Translations under genes and position numbers: made by a program | Part shown: positions 46,474-57,178 of the stretch, piece after piece | Position numbering within the stretch: the stretch's first letter is position 1 | Layout of the letters: each line of letters starts with the position of its first letter | From: a virus | Virus record (IMG/VR): IMGVR_UViG_3300020198_000887 | Span: 1-64,000 of that record | Direction: 5' to 3' (one strand) | DNA: 64,000 bases | The notes under the pieces: generated by a model | Databases searched by the model: none | The model's input: only the letters and a program-made list of their open reading frames with translations | Told to the model about the DNA's origin: nothing

Positions 46474-47120
46474 GTGGAAATGCAATTACCAATGCTAAAC
46501 CAATATCAAAACACGATTATCATCTTCTAACACACAACTTAAAGTTGTTACTTCCAAATGGCCTTCCACTATATCCATTTGGAAGTGCAGGCAAAAAAGA
46601 AATCAGCGGAGATGTAGATTTTTTTATCGACGCTGATGAACTGTTAACATTTATTCCATCATCAACCCACCTAAATCTGCTAGATTGTAGGGAACACTTA
46701 TACAATTTTTTTATCAACAACGGATTACACGCTTCCAGGACCGGAATTAACGTGCATGTTGGTGTTACTTTGCATAATAAAAACATTCAAGTAGATTTAA
46801 CAATAGTTAAAAATGCCGCCAAAATCGCATATCTTCATGCCCATGTATACGATAATGAACAGGTAACGGGCAAAACTATTGTTAGTATTTGGTGTGATTT
46901 AGCAAATCTTACATCACCTGAATTAATGATAAGTCCCTATAAAGGATTACTAAATCGTACTACGAGAGACCTTATTACACTGGATCCAACAGAAATAGCG
47001 AAAATTATTATTGGCCCATCTGCAACTGAATATGATATGCGGTCGCCATCAAGGTTACTAGCTGCTGTCAAAGATAATCCACTTAAATATCAACACATAA
47101 AACAAACATACTTCAAATGA
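46470..47120 (+). CDS. Pol-beta superfamily nucleotidyltransferase-like protein
   Basis: FGSAGKKEISGDVDF (GS..DxD) and IQVDL third Asp. Confidence 0.65.
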   Translation: MSGNAITNAKPISKHDYHLLTHNLKLLLPNGLPLYPFGSAGKKEISGDVDFFIDADELLTFIPSSTHLNLLDCREHLYNFFINNGLHASRTGINVHVGVTLHNKNIQVDLTIVKNAAKIAYLHAHVYDNEQVTGKTIVSIWCDLANLTSPELMISPYKGLLNRTTRDLITLDPTEIAKIIIGPSATEYDMRSPSRLLAAVKDNPLKYQHIKQTYFK

Positions 47121-48178
47121 AACTATCCGGTAGGGCATTTAACCACCTAGAAGACCTAGTGTTCTTTTATGGGTATGATGGTGTGTTAGAAGCCATTCAA
47201 CATATTAAAGAAATGTCAAATAATTCAGCTGCCATACGGATGAAATGGGATGGTGGGTTGCAAATTTATTGGGGGAGGGAGTATGTAAATGGACCATTGA
47301 TCATGACAGGGCATAATGGATGGGCACGTGGATATAAATGTACAACCACAGATGAATTATATCATTTTATCGTTAATCAATCTGGGAAGAATAGAGAAAA
47401 TGTATCCAATGAAAGAAAAGAATTTGCTTTACAATTTGGTAAATTATTTCCATTATTAGATGCAGCCACCCCTCGAGATTTTACCGGATTTGTGTATGCA
47501 GATGCATTATTTTTAACACGGCCGGTGTTATTTAATAATGTATATTCATTTTGTCCAAATCATACCGGATATTATGTTGATAAGGATACCACGATAGGTA
47601 CTCGTATTGGAAAATCCGAAATTTTATTAGTTGGACATGCATACTTTAACGCATTTGGTATGCGGGATGAACAACAAACCCCATTAGATACATTTGATAT
47701 ATTCAACATTACAGATGAAGCAATAATATTAAATCCATATTATTCGAAAACTATTATACACTATGATTTAGATGAAAAAACAGAACACAAATTGCATTCA
47801 CTTGCCGCACACATAGATGATTTTTTAGCACCAATCACCGGTGTTAGTTCATTTCGTGATTATATATACAAATATATTAATTACAAAATGAAAAATGCTT
47901 CTGATGATAGTTTTTTTCAATGGATGGTCAACAAAAGCAGCATTAGTCAGCCACAGCAAACAAAAATTAAAGCACGTTTTGAGTGGTATAATTCTGGAAA
48001 CAGTCTATTCACCCTGGTCAATGAAATTATGGCTATTAAAAATAAAATAATAACCGAACTTGCCCCACATGACCACGATATTAAAGCATATAATCCAGAA
48101 GGATGGGTAATTTATGCAAATAATACAAAACAACTTGGGAATATTAAGTTAGTTCCGAGGCATCAATGGACACCATAG
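47117..48178 (+). CDS. uncharacterised ligase-fold-like protein
   Basis: HLED, MKWDG (KxDG-like), PEGWV, IKLV resemble ligase motifs I, IV and V. Confidence 0.55.
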   Translation: MKLSGRAFNHLEDLVFFYGYDGVLEAIQHIKEMSNNSAAIRMKWDGGLQIYWGREYVNGPLIMTGHNGWARGYKCTTTDELYHFIVNQSGKNRENVSNERKEFALQFGKLFPLLDAATPRDFTGFVYADALFLTRPVLFNNVYSFCPNHTGYYVDKDTTIGTRIGKSEILLVGHAYFNAFGMRDEQQTPLDTFDIFNITDEAIILNPYYSKTIIHYDLDEKTEHKLHSLAAHIDDFLAPITGVSSFRDYIYKYINYKMKNASDDSFFQWMVNKSSISQPQQTKIKARFEWYNSGNSLFTLVNEIMAIKNKIITELAPHDHDIKAYNPEGWVIYANNTKQLGNIKLVPRHQWTP

Positions 48179-48705
48179 GAATTTCATACGGTAGATTCAA
48201 TCCCCCGCACAAAGGCCATGTCGCAGTATGGGAACAAGCTGCTACTTGCGACTACTTCTACCTCGGTACAAACCCATCAACAACTGGGAACAAAAATCCA
48301 CTCCCATATGACATCAAAGTTGAGCTAATAGAACTTTTGTGTCCAATTACCCATCATCATGTTTTGCCAGAAAAAAATCTTTTTACGTTAACCACCACTA
48401 TCTATGATATGCACGGTAGTAACAATGAATTACGGGTATATACCGACGAAGAATGGTTATTTAACTCATTAATAAAATATAATGGTGTTTTGAGTACACA
48501 CGGGTATTATTACTTTAACAAAATCATTAACATTAAAACAGAAAGGGTGTGTTCATCCACCTCATTAAGAAAGGCAGTTGCTAATCAAGATAAAATGTTA
48601 TTTTATCAACTTGCAGGAATACCCATTGATACTGAAATTAGGATAAATAATAAAGTATATAAATTTTTTAATTTAATTGAAGAATTTATTGGAATAGACA
48701 ACTAG
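48166..48705 (+). CDS. HxGH cytidyltransferase/NMNAT-like protein
   Basis: YGRFNPPHKGH, KNPL, SSTSLR. Confidence 0.8.
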   Translation: MDTIGISYGRFNPPHKGHVAVWEQAATCDYFYLGTNPSTTGNKNPLPYDIKVELIELLCPITHHHVLPEKNLFTLTTTIYDMHGSNNELRVYTDEEWLFNSLIKYNGVLSTHGYYYFNKIINIKTERVCSSTSLRKAVANQDKMLFYQLAGIPIDTEIRINNKVYKFFNLIEEFIGIDN

Positions 48706-48743
48706 CTACGTAGCTGTTGACTATCTAGATAAGGATATTAAAA

Positions 48744-49658
48744 ATGCGCGATGATGATAGTTTAACACCACATATATTATTGGAAGGATTATATAACATT
48801 CTTAAAAACAATGGTGTCCGGTTGGATGAAAAGTCGTCATCAAAAGCCCAACAACGATTTATGGGGATGGTACATGCTGCACAACACGGAGACACTACCG
48901 CAAGTCCAGCAGTCGCCAATGTCGCCAAAACAATGACCAAAAAAGCCGCGACAGATTATGCTAAAACCAAACACGACGGGTTGCCAGAAAAAATAAAAAA
49001 AGAAAAATGCTCCAACGAAACAATTACTGATGAAGAATTGTCAATGTTCTCCAGACAAAATATTGGAAAAAGAACTGGACGCGGGCAAAGTGATAATCCG
49101 TGGAATCATTTACACAAAACCCGATTTGACAGACGATTTAAAAGCAGGTCTAGTTCACGTGTTCGGGAAAACTATATGTTAGCAGATGAATGTGCTGGAG
49201 TTGGGATTGTTAATACTCAAAATTCAACACATGATGTTAGTCCATCCACATTACAAAAAAATTTAAATGCATTTCAGTTAGAAGAAGCATTGGTCGATAT
49301 GTATAATACATTGATAGAAAGTGGTAATAAACCATTATCTAACGATGCAAAAAGCAGTATTAAAGGTGCAATTACTACCCCGGACGCCAATAATTCGGGG
49401 GATTCATACAAAGCTTATCGGTTCGGTATTGCATTAGCAGGGGCACCATACTATCCAACCAAAGCAACAAATGATATAGGCGGGGACCCACTACTTACTA
49501 CATATACTGATGTTGAAAGAGATATGATTAATTATGCGGCTATTCAATCAAATGTTGGCCAGTTAAAACAACTTACCTCAAATAAAAGCGTGGAAAAAGA
49601 TGACGTCTATACTAAAAGTGTTATCTCGCCAGCAAAAAGAAACAAATATGGTGTGTGA
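48744..49658 (+). CDS. probable internal virion protein
   Basis: SKAQQRFMGMVHA...DYAKTKHDGLPEK module; several (L/I/V)xE sites. Confidence 0.6.
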   Translation: MRDDDSLTPHILLEGLYNILKNNGVRLDEKSSSKAQQRFMGMVHAAQHGDTTASPAVANVAKTMTKKAATDYAKTKHDGLPEKIKKEKCSNETITDEELSMFSRQNIGKRTGRGQSDNPWNHLHKTRFDRRFKSRSSSRVRENYMLADECAGVGIVNTQNSTHDVSPSTLQKNLNAFQLEEALVDMYNTLIESGNKPLSNDAKSSIKGAITTPDANNSGDSYKAYRFGIALAGAPYYPTKATNDIGGDPLLTTYTDVERDMINYAAIQSNVGQLKQLTSNKSVEKDDVYTKSVISPAKRNKYGV

Positions 49659-49930
49659 TGAGGCAAGTAAGGATAACCACCGCTGATTTATTAGCATCAA
49701 ACGAAAATGATTGTTATTTAGCACCAGATGACCCAATACATGAATTTAAAAAAATAAGTCATCTTGGTGGTCTAGGTAGCAGTGAAGTTTTAGCTAGGTA
49801 TAATAACTTATCATTGCCTAAAATACACGGTAGTGACAAGGGAAAAATCGCCAGAGAACACGGAATTGAACCAGGAACCATCAAATGGTTTACACATTGG
49901 TTTGCAAGGACCACTAATGAAAATTCATGA
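49655..49930 (+). CDS. hypothetical protein
   Basis: coupled ORF; GIEPGTIKWFTHWF. Confidence 0.65.
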   Translation: MMRQVRITTADLLASNENDCYLAPDDPIHEFKKISHLGGLGSSEVLARYNNLSLPKIHGSDKGKIAREHGIEPGTIKWFTHWFARTTNENS

Positions 49931-50102
49931 AATAATTAAAGAGACCACAACGGCTGGTGCGACTTGTGCAGCCAATGTTGGTATAGGTGTTGTTTACCCA
50001 AATAAGGGACCTAAACAAAAAAAGAACAAAGATGGCACAGTGGTAAATGCATTGGACCAAAACACCAACTTAATAACTGGTGGCAGCATTAAAAGAGTAT
50101 AA
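49917..50102 (+). CDS. small probable virion protein
   Basis: MKIHEIIKETTTAGAT. Confidence 0.55.
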   Translation: MKIHEIIKETTTAGATCAANVGIGVVYPNKGPKQKKNKDGTVVNALDQNTNLITGGSIKRV

Positions 50103-50124
50103 ATATAGGATATTGGAGTATACC

Positions 50125-51477
50125 ATGGAAGAAAATAAAAAACAATTAAATGAATTAGGCCCACCCGTGAATGCAATGCCTATTGACCAACCGTCTGGGT
50201 TATTGCCAGACGGTAGTGTTGATAAAGAAGGTGCAATGGCGAAAGCTGATTTGTTTAAATTATCGAATTACAGTTACAAACTATTTAAAAAACTCGAAGA
50301 TGAGCAACAATTGGAATCTTGGGTTCAAGCTAAAATTACTAAAGCAGCTGACTATATTGCATCAGTGTATCACTATCTAGAATATGAAATGAAATTTAGC
50401 GAATATGGCGCTAAATTGGAAAATAGTGATGTCTATTCTGAAAGTCAAAAGGCTGAACTAAGAAACAAATTAAGTGAAGCAAAAGACACTATCCGCGCTC
50501 TTAAAATAGCGCAAGCAGAAAAACTTGCTGAAAGTAAATCATCAAAATCTAAAAAAGAACATACAAAAGATAAAGATTCTGAAGATGAAGATGACATCCG
50601 TTCAAAATATGACAGTGATGAAGATTTTTATTATGATTATCCAGAAGCAATGCCGGATTCATATGCCAGACCACACGAACGCGTTGCAGAATCAGGTACA
50701 AGTAAAAAAGCCGTATCGGTATCTAAAAAAGCGAAAACTATTACCAAACCAAATAAAGTTTCTACTAAAAATACTAAACAATGCGACGGCAAAAACGCAG
50801 CAGCTACTACAATGTGGAAAAATATCAAGGAATCTATTGAACATAGTTTTGGGGAAGGTATTTATTCAACTGAAACACAGCAAACAGAAGATTTAGGGGG
50901 TAATATTGAAAAATTCCCACCAGTTAACCCAGAAAACATTAAAGCAGGTAGAATGGCTAGTCAAGGTTATCCAGATTTAGTTCAAGCTGAAAAATCAGTA
51001 GAACAAACCATCGCGGGATTACAAAAAACACATCCAAAATTATATGATTATATTCAAAAAAATCCCGCGTTGATTGATAAGATTAAATCAAAACCATCAG
51101 TATTTTTGGACCTGTTGACAAACCCAATTTTTCAACCAACGGATGAAGATCAATCAGCCGATAGAGAATTTTCTGCAAAAAACGTGGGCACAGCTGTTGG
51201 TAATGTTGTGCAAGGTGTAAAAAATACTGCTGATGCTGTTAGTGGTGCATATGATTCTACAAAAGATGCTATTAGTGGTGCATATGATTCTACAAAAGAT
51301 GCTATTAGTGGTGCATATGATTCTGCAAAAACTGCAGTATCTGATTTTGAAAAAGGATATGATTCAGCAACCAAGCAACCAGCACCTAAAAAAACACAGA
51401 AAGTCAATGAAGAAGAGTATTGGGATTTTACAACACTATCGGAATTAGTTGATATTAAAAAATTGAGCGGATTATAA
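50125..51477 (+). CDS. probable internal head protein
   Basis: TATAAATA and GGAG upstream; LESWVQAKITKAADYI; ends IKKLSGL; many (L/I/V)xE sites. Confidence 0.65.
   Translation: MEENKKQLNELGPPVNAMPIDQPSGLLPDGSVDKEGAMAKADLFKLSNYSYKLFKKLEDEQQLESWVQAKITKAADYIASVYHYLEYEMKFSEYGAKLENSDVYSESQKAELRNKLSEAKDTIRALKIAQAEKLAESKSSKSKKEHTKDKDSEDEDDIRSKYDSDEDFYYDYPEAMPDSYARPHERVAESGTSKKAVSVSKKAKTITKPNKVSTKNTKQCDGKNAAATTMWKNIKESIEHSFGEGIYSTETQQTEDLGGNIEKFPPVNPENIKAGRMASQGYPDLVQAEKSVEQTIAGLQKTHPKLYDYIQKNPALIDKIKSKPSVFLDLLTNPIFQPTDEDQSADREFSAKNVGTAVGNVVQGVKNTADAVSGAYDSTKDAISGAYDSTKDAISGAYDSAKTAVSDFEKGYDSATKQPAPKKTQKVNEEEYWDFTTLSELVDIKKLSGL
51232..51330 (+). repeat. 33-nt coding tandem repeat (x3)
   Basis: DA(V/I)SGAYDS(T/A)K x3. 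Confidence 0.9.
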
Positions 51478-51478
51478 T

Positions 51479-52123
51479 ATGGATATGAAGAAATTTCTAC
51501 GGGCACTAGATGATGCCATAACAAAACCTGTGGAAGGATCTGATGATATTAAAAAACCTTTGTCTATAATAACAGAAGGAACTACAACGCATAAGGTTAG
51601 TTTACCTGTTCAAATGGCTATGCAACATTATGCTGCAGCTATGCCATCTACCGTTGAACAGCCTTCATTGTTAAAACGATATTTTGCCGAAGCAGAAGAA
51701 GCAGTTAATCAATCCAAAATTGAAAAACGACAATTAATAAACCAATATGCAAAAATAATTGCAGAAAGAGTTCTAATGAAAGAATCTAGTGCAACATCAG
51801 CCACAACTGCTAAAAATAAGAATGGTATGACGGCTGGAATCTCAGCAGACCCTCAAGCAATGGGTAGTAACCCCGTAGATATAATTAAAATGGATGTACC
51901 ATTATTGTTACGAGTACTCGAATATGCAAGGGAAGATGCCAAGACCGACATCGACCTGCATAATGTTGTTACAAAATTAATTGATTTTGGTAAAACAGAG
52001 GATGTCTTAACAATGACGCATTACGAAGCCATTGTTGGTGAGCAAATGTTATTACCAGACCCATCCAGTAATAAACACGTGAATATGGCGGCAACTACTC
52101 GGGTAAGAAAAGGAAATAAATAA
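51479..52123 (+). CDS. probable virion protein
   Basis: MDMKKFL; DVPLLLRVLEYAREDA. Confidence 0.65.
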   Translation: MDMKKFLRALDDAITKPVEGSDDIKKPLSIITEGTTTHKVSLPVQMAMQHYAAAMPSTVEQPSLLKRYFAEAEEAVNQSKIEKRQLINQYAKIIAERVLMKESSATSATTAKNKNGMTAGISADPQAMGSNPVDIIKMDVPLLLRVLEYAREDAKTDIDLHNVVTKLIDFGKTEDVLTMTHYEAIVGEQMLLPDPSSNKHVNMAATTRVRKGNK

Positions 52124-53899
52124 ATGGATTTTAAAGCATTATTATACAAGTTAGATAAATTAAATGAAAACACCACATCTAATGATATTAATTTAATTAT
52201 TGCCGGGACTGAGCAGAATGAAGCAGAACGAATTAAAAAATTATCTGCGGCAGCTACCAGATTAAATGTAGCTGGACTATATGACCCCGTCACTGGAAAT
52301 TATGTCACCAAATTGGGTACTATCGAAGATAAAGGGACCAACGAACAAACTTTAGAATTAGCTAGACTTGGGTTATTACCAGCAAACGCAAATCTTGGCA
52401 CTGCTGGAGTATTTGATAATGAACAAATCCATCAACATTATGTACAAGCAATGCACGACTTATCAAAACAGTCTGCCCAACGGTCGACTACCCAACAAGC
52501 AGAAATTGATTACATCAAAGGATTAATTGACAAATATGAAAAAGAAAAGGGTTCACTTATTATAAAAGAATCTACCCTTTCATCACAACTTATTGAAAGT
52601 TTTGGGTATCAGCCAGATTTATTGCAAGAATATAGTCTAGAACAATTAAAACAAGATGCTGCCGATTTTGGTATGGGGGTGGCTTCTGGTGCAACACTTG
52701 GTCACGACGTCGATTGGTACGCATGGATTCGTTCTAAATTTGATGATATTAGTGAAGAAAAAGCACGTGAATTGGCGTTGGCTGCGAAAAATGCAGCCAA
52801 AGAACGTAGTCCATGGTTGTATGACGCAGGTATGGTGGCACCAGGAGTAGCAGTTGGTGGATTACCCGGGCTGGCATATGTAGGTGCAGATCTCATGTAT
52901 GGAAAAGAAGAATTTGCCGTCCCACCTGAAGTAAGTCGCGTGGTCAATTCGGTTAAATCACAGCCAGAAGTAAATCAACAAACTGCTGATAATGCAAAAA
53001 ACGAGGTTGCTGCAAAATTAAATGTCAATAGTGAAGATCATGCCGAAATTGTCAATCAAGTAAAACACACGGCGAAAACTCAGAACAAGTCTGATGCAGC
53101 GGTATTGGCAGATTTGCTTGGGATTGAACCAGAACAATTAAATGAAACCATCGATATTTCAACTTTAACAGAAGATGAAAAATTAAGATATTTCAAATAT
53201 AAAATCATGATATTGGAAGGTAAATTAGGAGCTGCTTCTGCATTATTCAAAAGTTTTTTAAATGGGGTTCGTGGTACAGCGCCGCAAATTTCCGGGAAAG
53301 CTAGTAAAGCTGGTAAAGATGGCAAGGGGGCAAAGACAAAAGGATCTAACGCAAACGCAGGCCAACCAACCCCCACTGCATCGGTAATAGCAAACAACGC
53401 TGGGAAAGCCATAAACATTGGCGGAAAAGTAGTAAGTGCAGTTTTGGCAGGCATTATCAATGTTGGCGGGCCAGTAACTAAATTTTTATGGAACCATAAA
53501 TATATATCACTTATTGTTGCACTTGCTGCGTGGGGATATACGTTCAATGCAGACGGCAACCTTGAATCAACAAATGGGGCAAAATTACCGATTGCATCTT
53601 CGGATACTAATAATACAGATAATAACACCGCAGCGATCCAACCTGGTGGGCAATCACAATTGAGTCAGGCTCGCCCGGTAGAACCAGAAGATACTGAACT
53701 TGCTGCGATAAATAAAAGAATAGCATCACATCAACAATGGTTTGATCAGCGCAACACATCTAATCAACCATCTGCAGATTTGGAAATGTTAAAATCTGAA
53801 ATATCGTCAAGATTAAAATTAGCAAGTTCTGATGCAGCACCGGACATCAAAAAACAACTAGATGATTTAAAAGCTCGGTGGCAAGCCGTTATTAAATAA
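52124..53899 (+). CDS. probable virion/ejection protein
   Basis: 591 aa, Ala/Gly-rich with hydrophobic segments and (L/I)xE sites. Confidence 0.6.
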   Translation: MDFKALLYKLDKLNENTTSNDINLIIAGTEQNEAERIKKLSAAATRLNVAGLYDPVTGNYVTKLGTIEDKGTNEQTLELARLGLLPANANLGTAGVFDNEQIHQHYVQAMHDLSKQSAQRSTTQQAEIDYIKGLIDKYEKEKGSLIIKESTLSSQLIESFGYQPDLLQEYSLEQLKQDAADFGMGVASGATLGHDVDWYAWIRSKFDDISEEKARELALAAKNAAKERSPWLYDAGMVAPGVAVGGLPGLAYVGADLMYGKEEFAVPPEVSRVVNSVKSQPEVNQQTADNAKNEVAAKLNVNSEDHAEIVNQVKHTAKTQNKSDAAVLADLLGIEPEQLNETIDISTLTEDEKLRYFKYKIMILEGKLGAASALFKSFLNGVRGTAPQISGKASKAGKDGKGAKTKGSNANAGQPTPTASVIANNAGKAINIGGKVVSAVLAGIINVGGPVTKFLWNHKYISLIVALAAWGYTFNADGNLESTNGAKLPIASSDTNNTDNNTAAIQPGGQSQLSQARPVEPEDTELAAINKRIASHQQWFDQRNTSNQPSADLEMLKSEISSRLKLASSDAAPDIKKQLDDLKARWQAVIK

Positions 53900-53929
53900 C
53901 AACAAACTCAATAATTACCACAAAACCAA

Positions 53930-53959
53930 AATATGGCGGGTATTAATACCCGCCATATT
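53930..53959 (+). terminator. terminator hairpin
   Basis: AATATGGCGGGTAT-TA-ATACCCGCCATATT. Confidence 0.7.
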
Positions 53960-53971
53960 CTTACAATATAA

Positions 53972-54000
53972 TTGACAATAACATATCATTATTGTATACT
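53972..54000 (+). promoter_or_regulatory. sigma70-type promoter
   Basis: TTGACA, 17-nt spacer, TATACT. Confidence 0.75.
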
Positions 54001-54034
54001 ATACAAGTTTAATAACCCACAATAAGGAGATAAC

Positions 54035-54289
54035 ATGAGTCGTTCATATGGCCAAGAAGAAAAAGCTAAACTCGAAAAATTGATCAACGAAGGCGGCACA
54101 GTAATGCGCGAAATTGATGATTTGAGAGAAAGTTTAAAAGAAACTGTAAAAGCAGTCGCAGATGAATTAGACATTAAACCTGCAATCATTAATAAAGCAA
54201 TCAAAATTGCATATAAAGGTGATTGGAATAATCATAACGATGATTGGCAAGAAGTAGAAGCGATTTTAGATATTACAAAAAATATTTAA
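54035..54289 (+). CDS. T4 DsbA-like small dsDNA-binding protein
   Basis: EIDDLRESLKETVKAVADELDIKPAIINKAIKIAYK; AAGGAG RBS. Confidence 0.6.
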   Translation: MSRSYGQEEKAKLEKLINEGGTVMREIDDLRESLKETVKAVADELDIKPAIINKAIKIAYKGDWNNHNDDWQEVEAILDITKNI

Positions 54290-54379
54290 AAAATTGCAAA
54301 TTTAATGGAAAGGTAAGCAGGGCCACAATCCGCATTTTTGGTGCTTATGAGCCTGAAATCATAAAAATGGAGATTATAA

Positions 54380-54536
54380 TATGGGAATTAACAAAGACTA
54401 CGACTTTGAAGCATGTGAAACTTGTCCACCACTTTACGAATTTGCAGCTAGGTGTTCATGTAAAATAGAAGACGTACTGGTAGATATATCAAAAGAACTC
54501 AATGAAGGTATCTCTTTATGGGAGGATTCTGAATGA
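54380..54536 (+). CDS. small Cys-containing ORF (~51 aa) abutting the polymerase start; ends approximate
   Basis: MGINKDYDFEACETCPPLYEFAARCSC...; GGAG RBS; ends in an ATGA overlap. Confidence 0.4.
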
Positions 54537-57175
54537 GTTACGTAGATGCAATGTTTGACCGCGATTCGGACTTCATCAAAGTGGTAGAACGAATTAATGG
54601 AAAACGGGTATTCAAAGAATACCCAGTACGCCATACATTTTATTATGAAGATACCCGTGGTAAATATAAATCCATTTATGATACACCAGTCACAAAGGTA
54701 GTATGCAAAACAACCAAGGACTTCAGAAAAGAATTATCAATTAACAACAATAAAAAATTGTTTGAAGCTGATTTAAATCCAGTGTTTGTATGCCTAAGTT
54801 CCCAATATCAACATCAGGATCCCCCATCCCTAAATGTAGCGTGGCTCGACATTGAAGTGCGATTTGACCCAGAACGTGGCTATGCATCACCAGATGATGC
54901 ATTTATGCCAATTACTGCGGTCGCGGTTCATTTACAATGGCTAGATACTCTTATATGCCTTGCCGTCCCCCCACCAACATTGACAATGGATGAAGCAGTC
55001 CTGTTGGTGGAAGAATTTCCGAATACACACTTATTCAACACAGAAGCAGAATTATTAGATGCATTTTTGGATCTAATTAAAGATGCTGATGTATTAAGTG
55101 GGTGGAATAGCGAAGGGTTTGATATTCCATATCTCGTAAACCGGGTCACAAAGGCATTGAGTAAAAATGATACTCGTAGATTTTGTTTATGGAATCAATT
55201 CCCAAAACGCAGGGAATATGAAAAATATGGTAAAGAGGCCGTCACGTATGACTTAGTCGGGCGAGTTCATTTAGATAGCTTAGAATTATACAGAAAATAT
55301 ACCTATGAAGAACGGCATAGCTATCGGTTAGATGCTATTGCAGAATATGAATTGGGTGATAGAAAAACTGCATATGAAGGAACGTTAGACCAATTATATA
55401 ACAATGATTTTAAAAAATTTATTGAATATAATAGGCAAGATACCATGCTGTTAGAAAAACTTGACAAAAAATTAAAGTTTTTAGATTTAGCAAATGCAAT
55501 TGCACATGAAAATACTGTATTATTACAAACTACAATGGGCGCGGTCGCTGTTACTGAGCAAGCAATTATAAATGAAGCACATGACAGAGGATTCGTTGTA
55601 CCAAATCGTAATAGACAAGATACAAATGACGGTATGGCGGCTGGAGCATATGTTGCACACCCTAAAGAAGGGATACATGATTGGATCGGTTCCCTTGACA
55701 TTAATTCACTATACCCATCAGTTATTCGAGCATTAAATATGGGGCCAGAAACCATTGTTGGGCAACTATCACCCGCAATGTCTAACTCTTTTTTAAAAGG
55801 TCAATTAGCAAAAGGCAAATCAATTACCGCTGCGTGGGAAGGACGATTTGGTTCGTTGGAATATGATGCTGTTATGAATCGTGAGGTTGATACTTATATA
55901 ACAATCGAATGGGAAGAAGGCGGTTCGGATACAATTAGTGCAGCTAATATTTATAAATTAATTTATGAGTCAAACCAACCATGGATGCTGAGTGCTAATG
56001 GCACTATTTTTACACATGAACGGGAAGGTATCATACCAGGATTATTGAAACGATGGTATTCTGAACGTAAAGAGATGCAGAAAAAATTAAAAGAAGCCAT
56101 TACTTCAGGCGACAAAGAACAAGAAGAATACTGGGATAAACGACAACTAGTCAAAAAAATTAATTTGAATAGTTTATACGGTGCTATTCTTAATCAAGGC
56201 TGTCGGTTTTTTGATAAGCGAATTGGTCAATCAACTACACTAACTGGTAGACAAATTGCCAAACATATGGCAGCAGAAGTGAATAAAATTATTACTGGTG
56301 AATATAATCATGTTGGGAAATCTATTATATATGGTGATAGTGTAACTGGTGATTCAATGATTATATCCAACCAAGGTAGAATTACTATCGAGGAGTTATT
56401 TAATCGGTGTAATAACAACTACACATCAGGATCAAAAGAATATGGTAACAACGACGATATAACAGTAATGGGGTTTACTAATTCACCAGAAATGTGTAAT
56501 ATTCATTATGTAATGAGGCATTATACAACCAAAGATTTGTATGAAATAACATTAGAGAATGATAAACAAATTACTGTAACACAAGATCATAGTATAATGG
56601 TTATTAGAAATAATAGTATGATTGAATTAAAACCTACTGACATATCTGAATCAGATCTGTTTATATGCTTATCAAATGATATGAAAGAAGTAGAATTAGT
56701 ACAATATAAACAAATTGTCTGTAAAGGTTCAATTACTGATTATGTTTATGATATAAGCATCAATGGTGATAACCATATGTTTTTTGCGAATGAATGTTTA
56801 GTTCATAATACTGATAGTTGTTCTGCTGATACTATTATTAGAAGTAATTGGGGAGATTTGACCATTGAACAGCTATTCAATGCTGGTCAAATGTTTAGTA
56901 ATGAACAGACGGAACATGGTGTTAAGGAATACTCTTCTCATATGGACTTACAAGTGGTTTCATATGATGATTCTACTAATCAATCATATTATGGAAATGT
57001 AAATTACATCTATCGTCATAAAGTTTCAAAAGAACGCTGGGAGATAGAAGATGAACTTGGTCACAAAATAGTAGTGACTGGTGATCATTCAATAATGGTT
57101 GAGCGTAATGGTAAGTTGATAGAAATAAAACCACGGGATATTTTAGATACTGATATATTAATATGTCTTAATTGA
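54533..57175 (+). CDS. polB: family B DNA polymerase N-terminal part, with cis mini-intein (56339-56809) and split-intein N-fragment (56816-57172)
   Basis: Exo I DIE, Exo II WNSEGFD, Exo III YNRQD, DINSLYPS, KINLNSLYG, YGD|SVTGD...VHN|TD|SCSAD...TGDH...CLN*. Confidence 0.93.
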   Translation: MSYVDAMFDRDSDFIKVVERINGKRVFKEYPVRHTFYYEDTRGKYKSIYDTPVTKVVCKTTKDFRKELSINNNKKLFEADLNPVFVCLSSQYQHQDPPSLNVAWLDIEVRFDPERGYASPDDAFMPITAVAVHLQWLDTLICLAVPPPTLTMDEAVLLVEEFPNTHLFNTEAELLDAFLDLIKDADVLSGWNSEGFDIPYLVNRVTKALSKNDTRRFCLWNQFPKRREYEKYGKEAVTYDLVGRVHLDSLELYRKYTYEERHSYRLDAIAEYELGDRKTAYEGTLDQLYNNDFKKFIEYNRQDTMLLEKLDKKLKFLDLANAIAHENTVLLQTTMGAVAVTEQAIINEAHDRGFVVPNRNRQDTNDGMAAGAYVAHPKEGIHDWIGSLDINSLYPSVIRALNMGPETIVGQLSPAMSNSFLKGQLAKGKSITAAWEGRFGSLEYDAVMNREVDTYITIEWEEGGSDTISAANIYKLIYESNQPWMLSANGTIFTHEREGIIPGLLKRWYSERKEMQKKLKEAITSGDKEQEEYWDKRQLVKKINLNSLYGAILNQGCRFFDKRIGQSTTLTGRQIAKHMAAEVNKIITGEYNHVGKSIIYGDSVTGDSMIISNQGRITIEELFNRCNNNYTSGSKEYGNNDDITVMGFTNSPEMCNIHYVMRHYTTKDLYEITLENDKQITVTQDHSIMVIRNNSMIELKPTDISESDLFICLSNDMKEVELVQYKQIVCKGSITDYVYDISINGDNHMFFANECLVHNTDSCSADTIIRSNWGDLTIEQLFNAGQMFSNEQTEHGVKEYSSHMDLQVVSYDDSTNQSYYGNVNYIYRHKVSKERWEIEDELGHKIVVTGDHSIMVERNGKLIEIKPRDILDTDILICLN

Positions 57176-57178
57176 TAA

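Noticed and set aside
41832-51330. Tandem repeats (105 nt, 33 nt; also 63 nt at 20556) as CRISPR arrays
   Set aside because: No unique spacers, in-frame within CDSs, and no cas genes.
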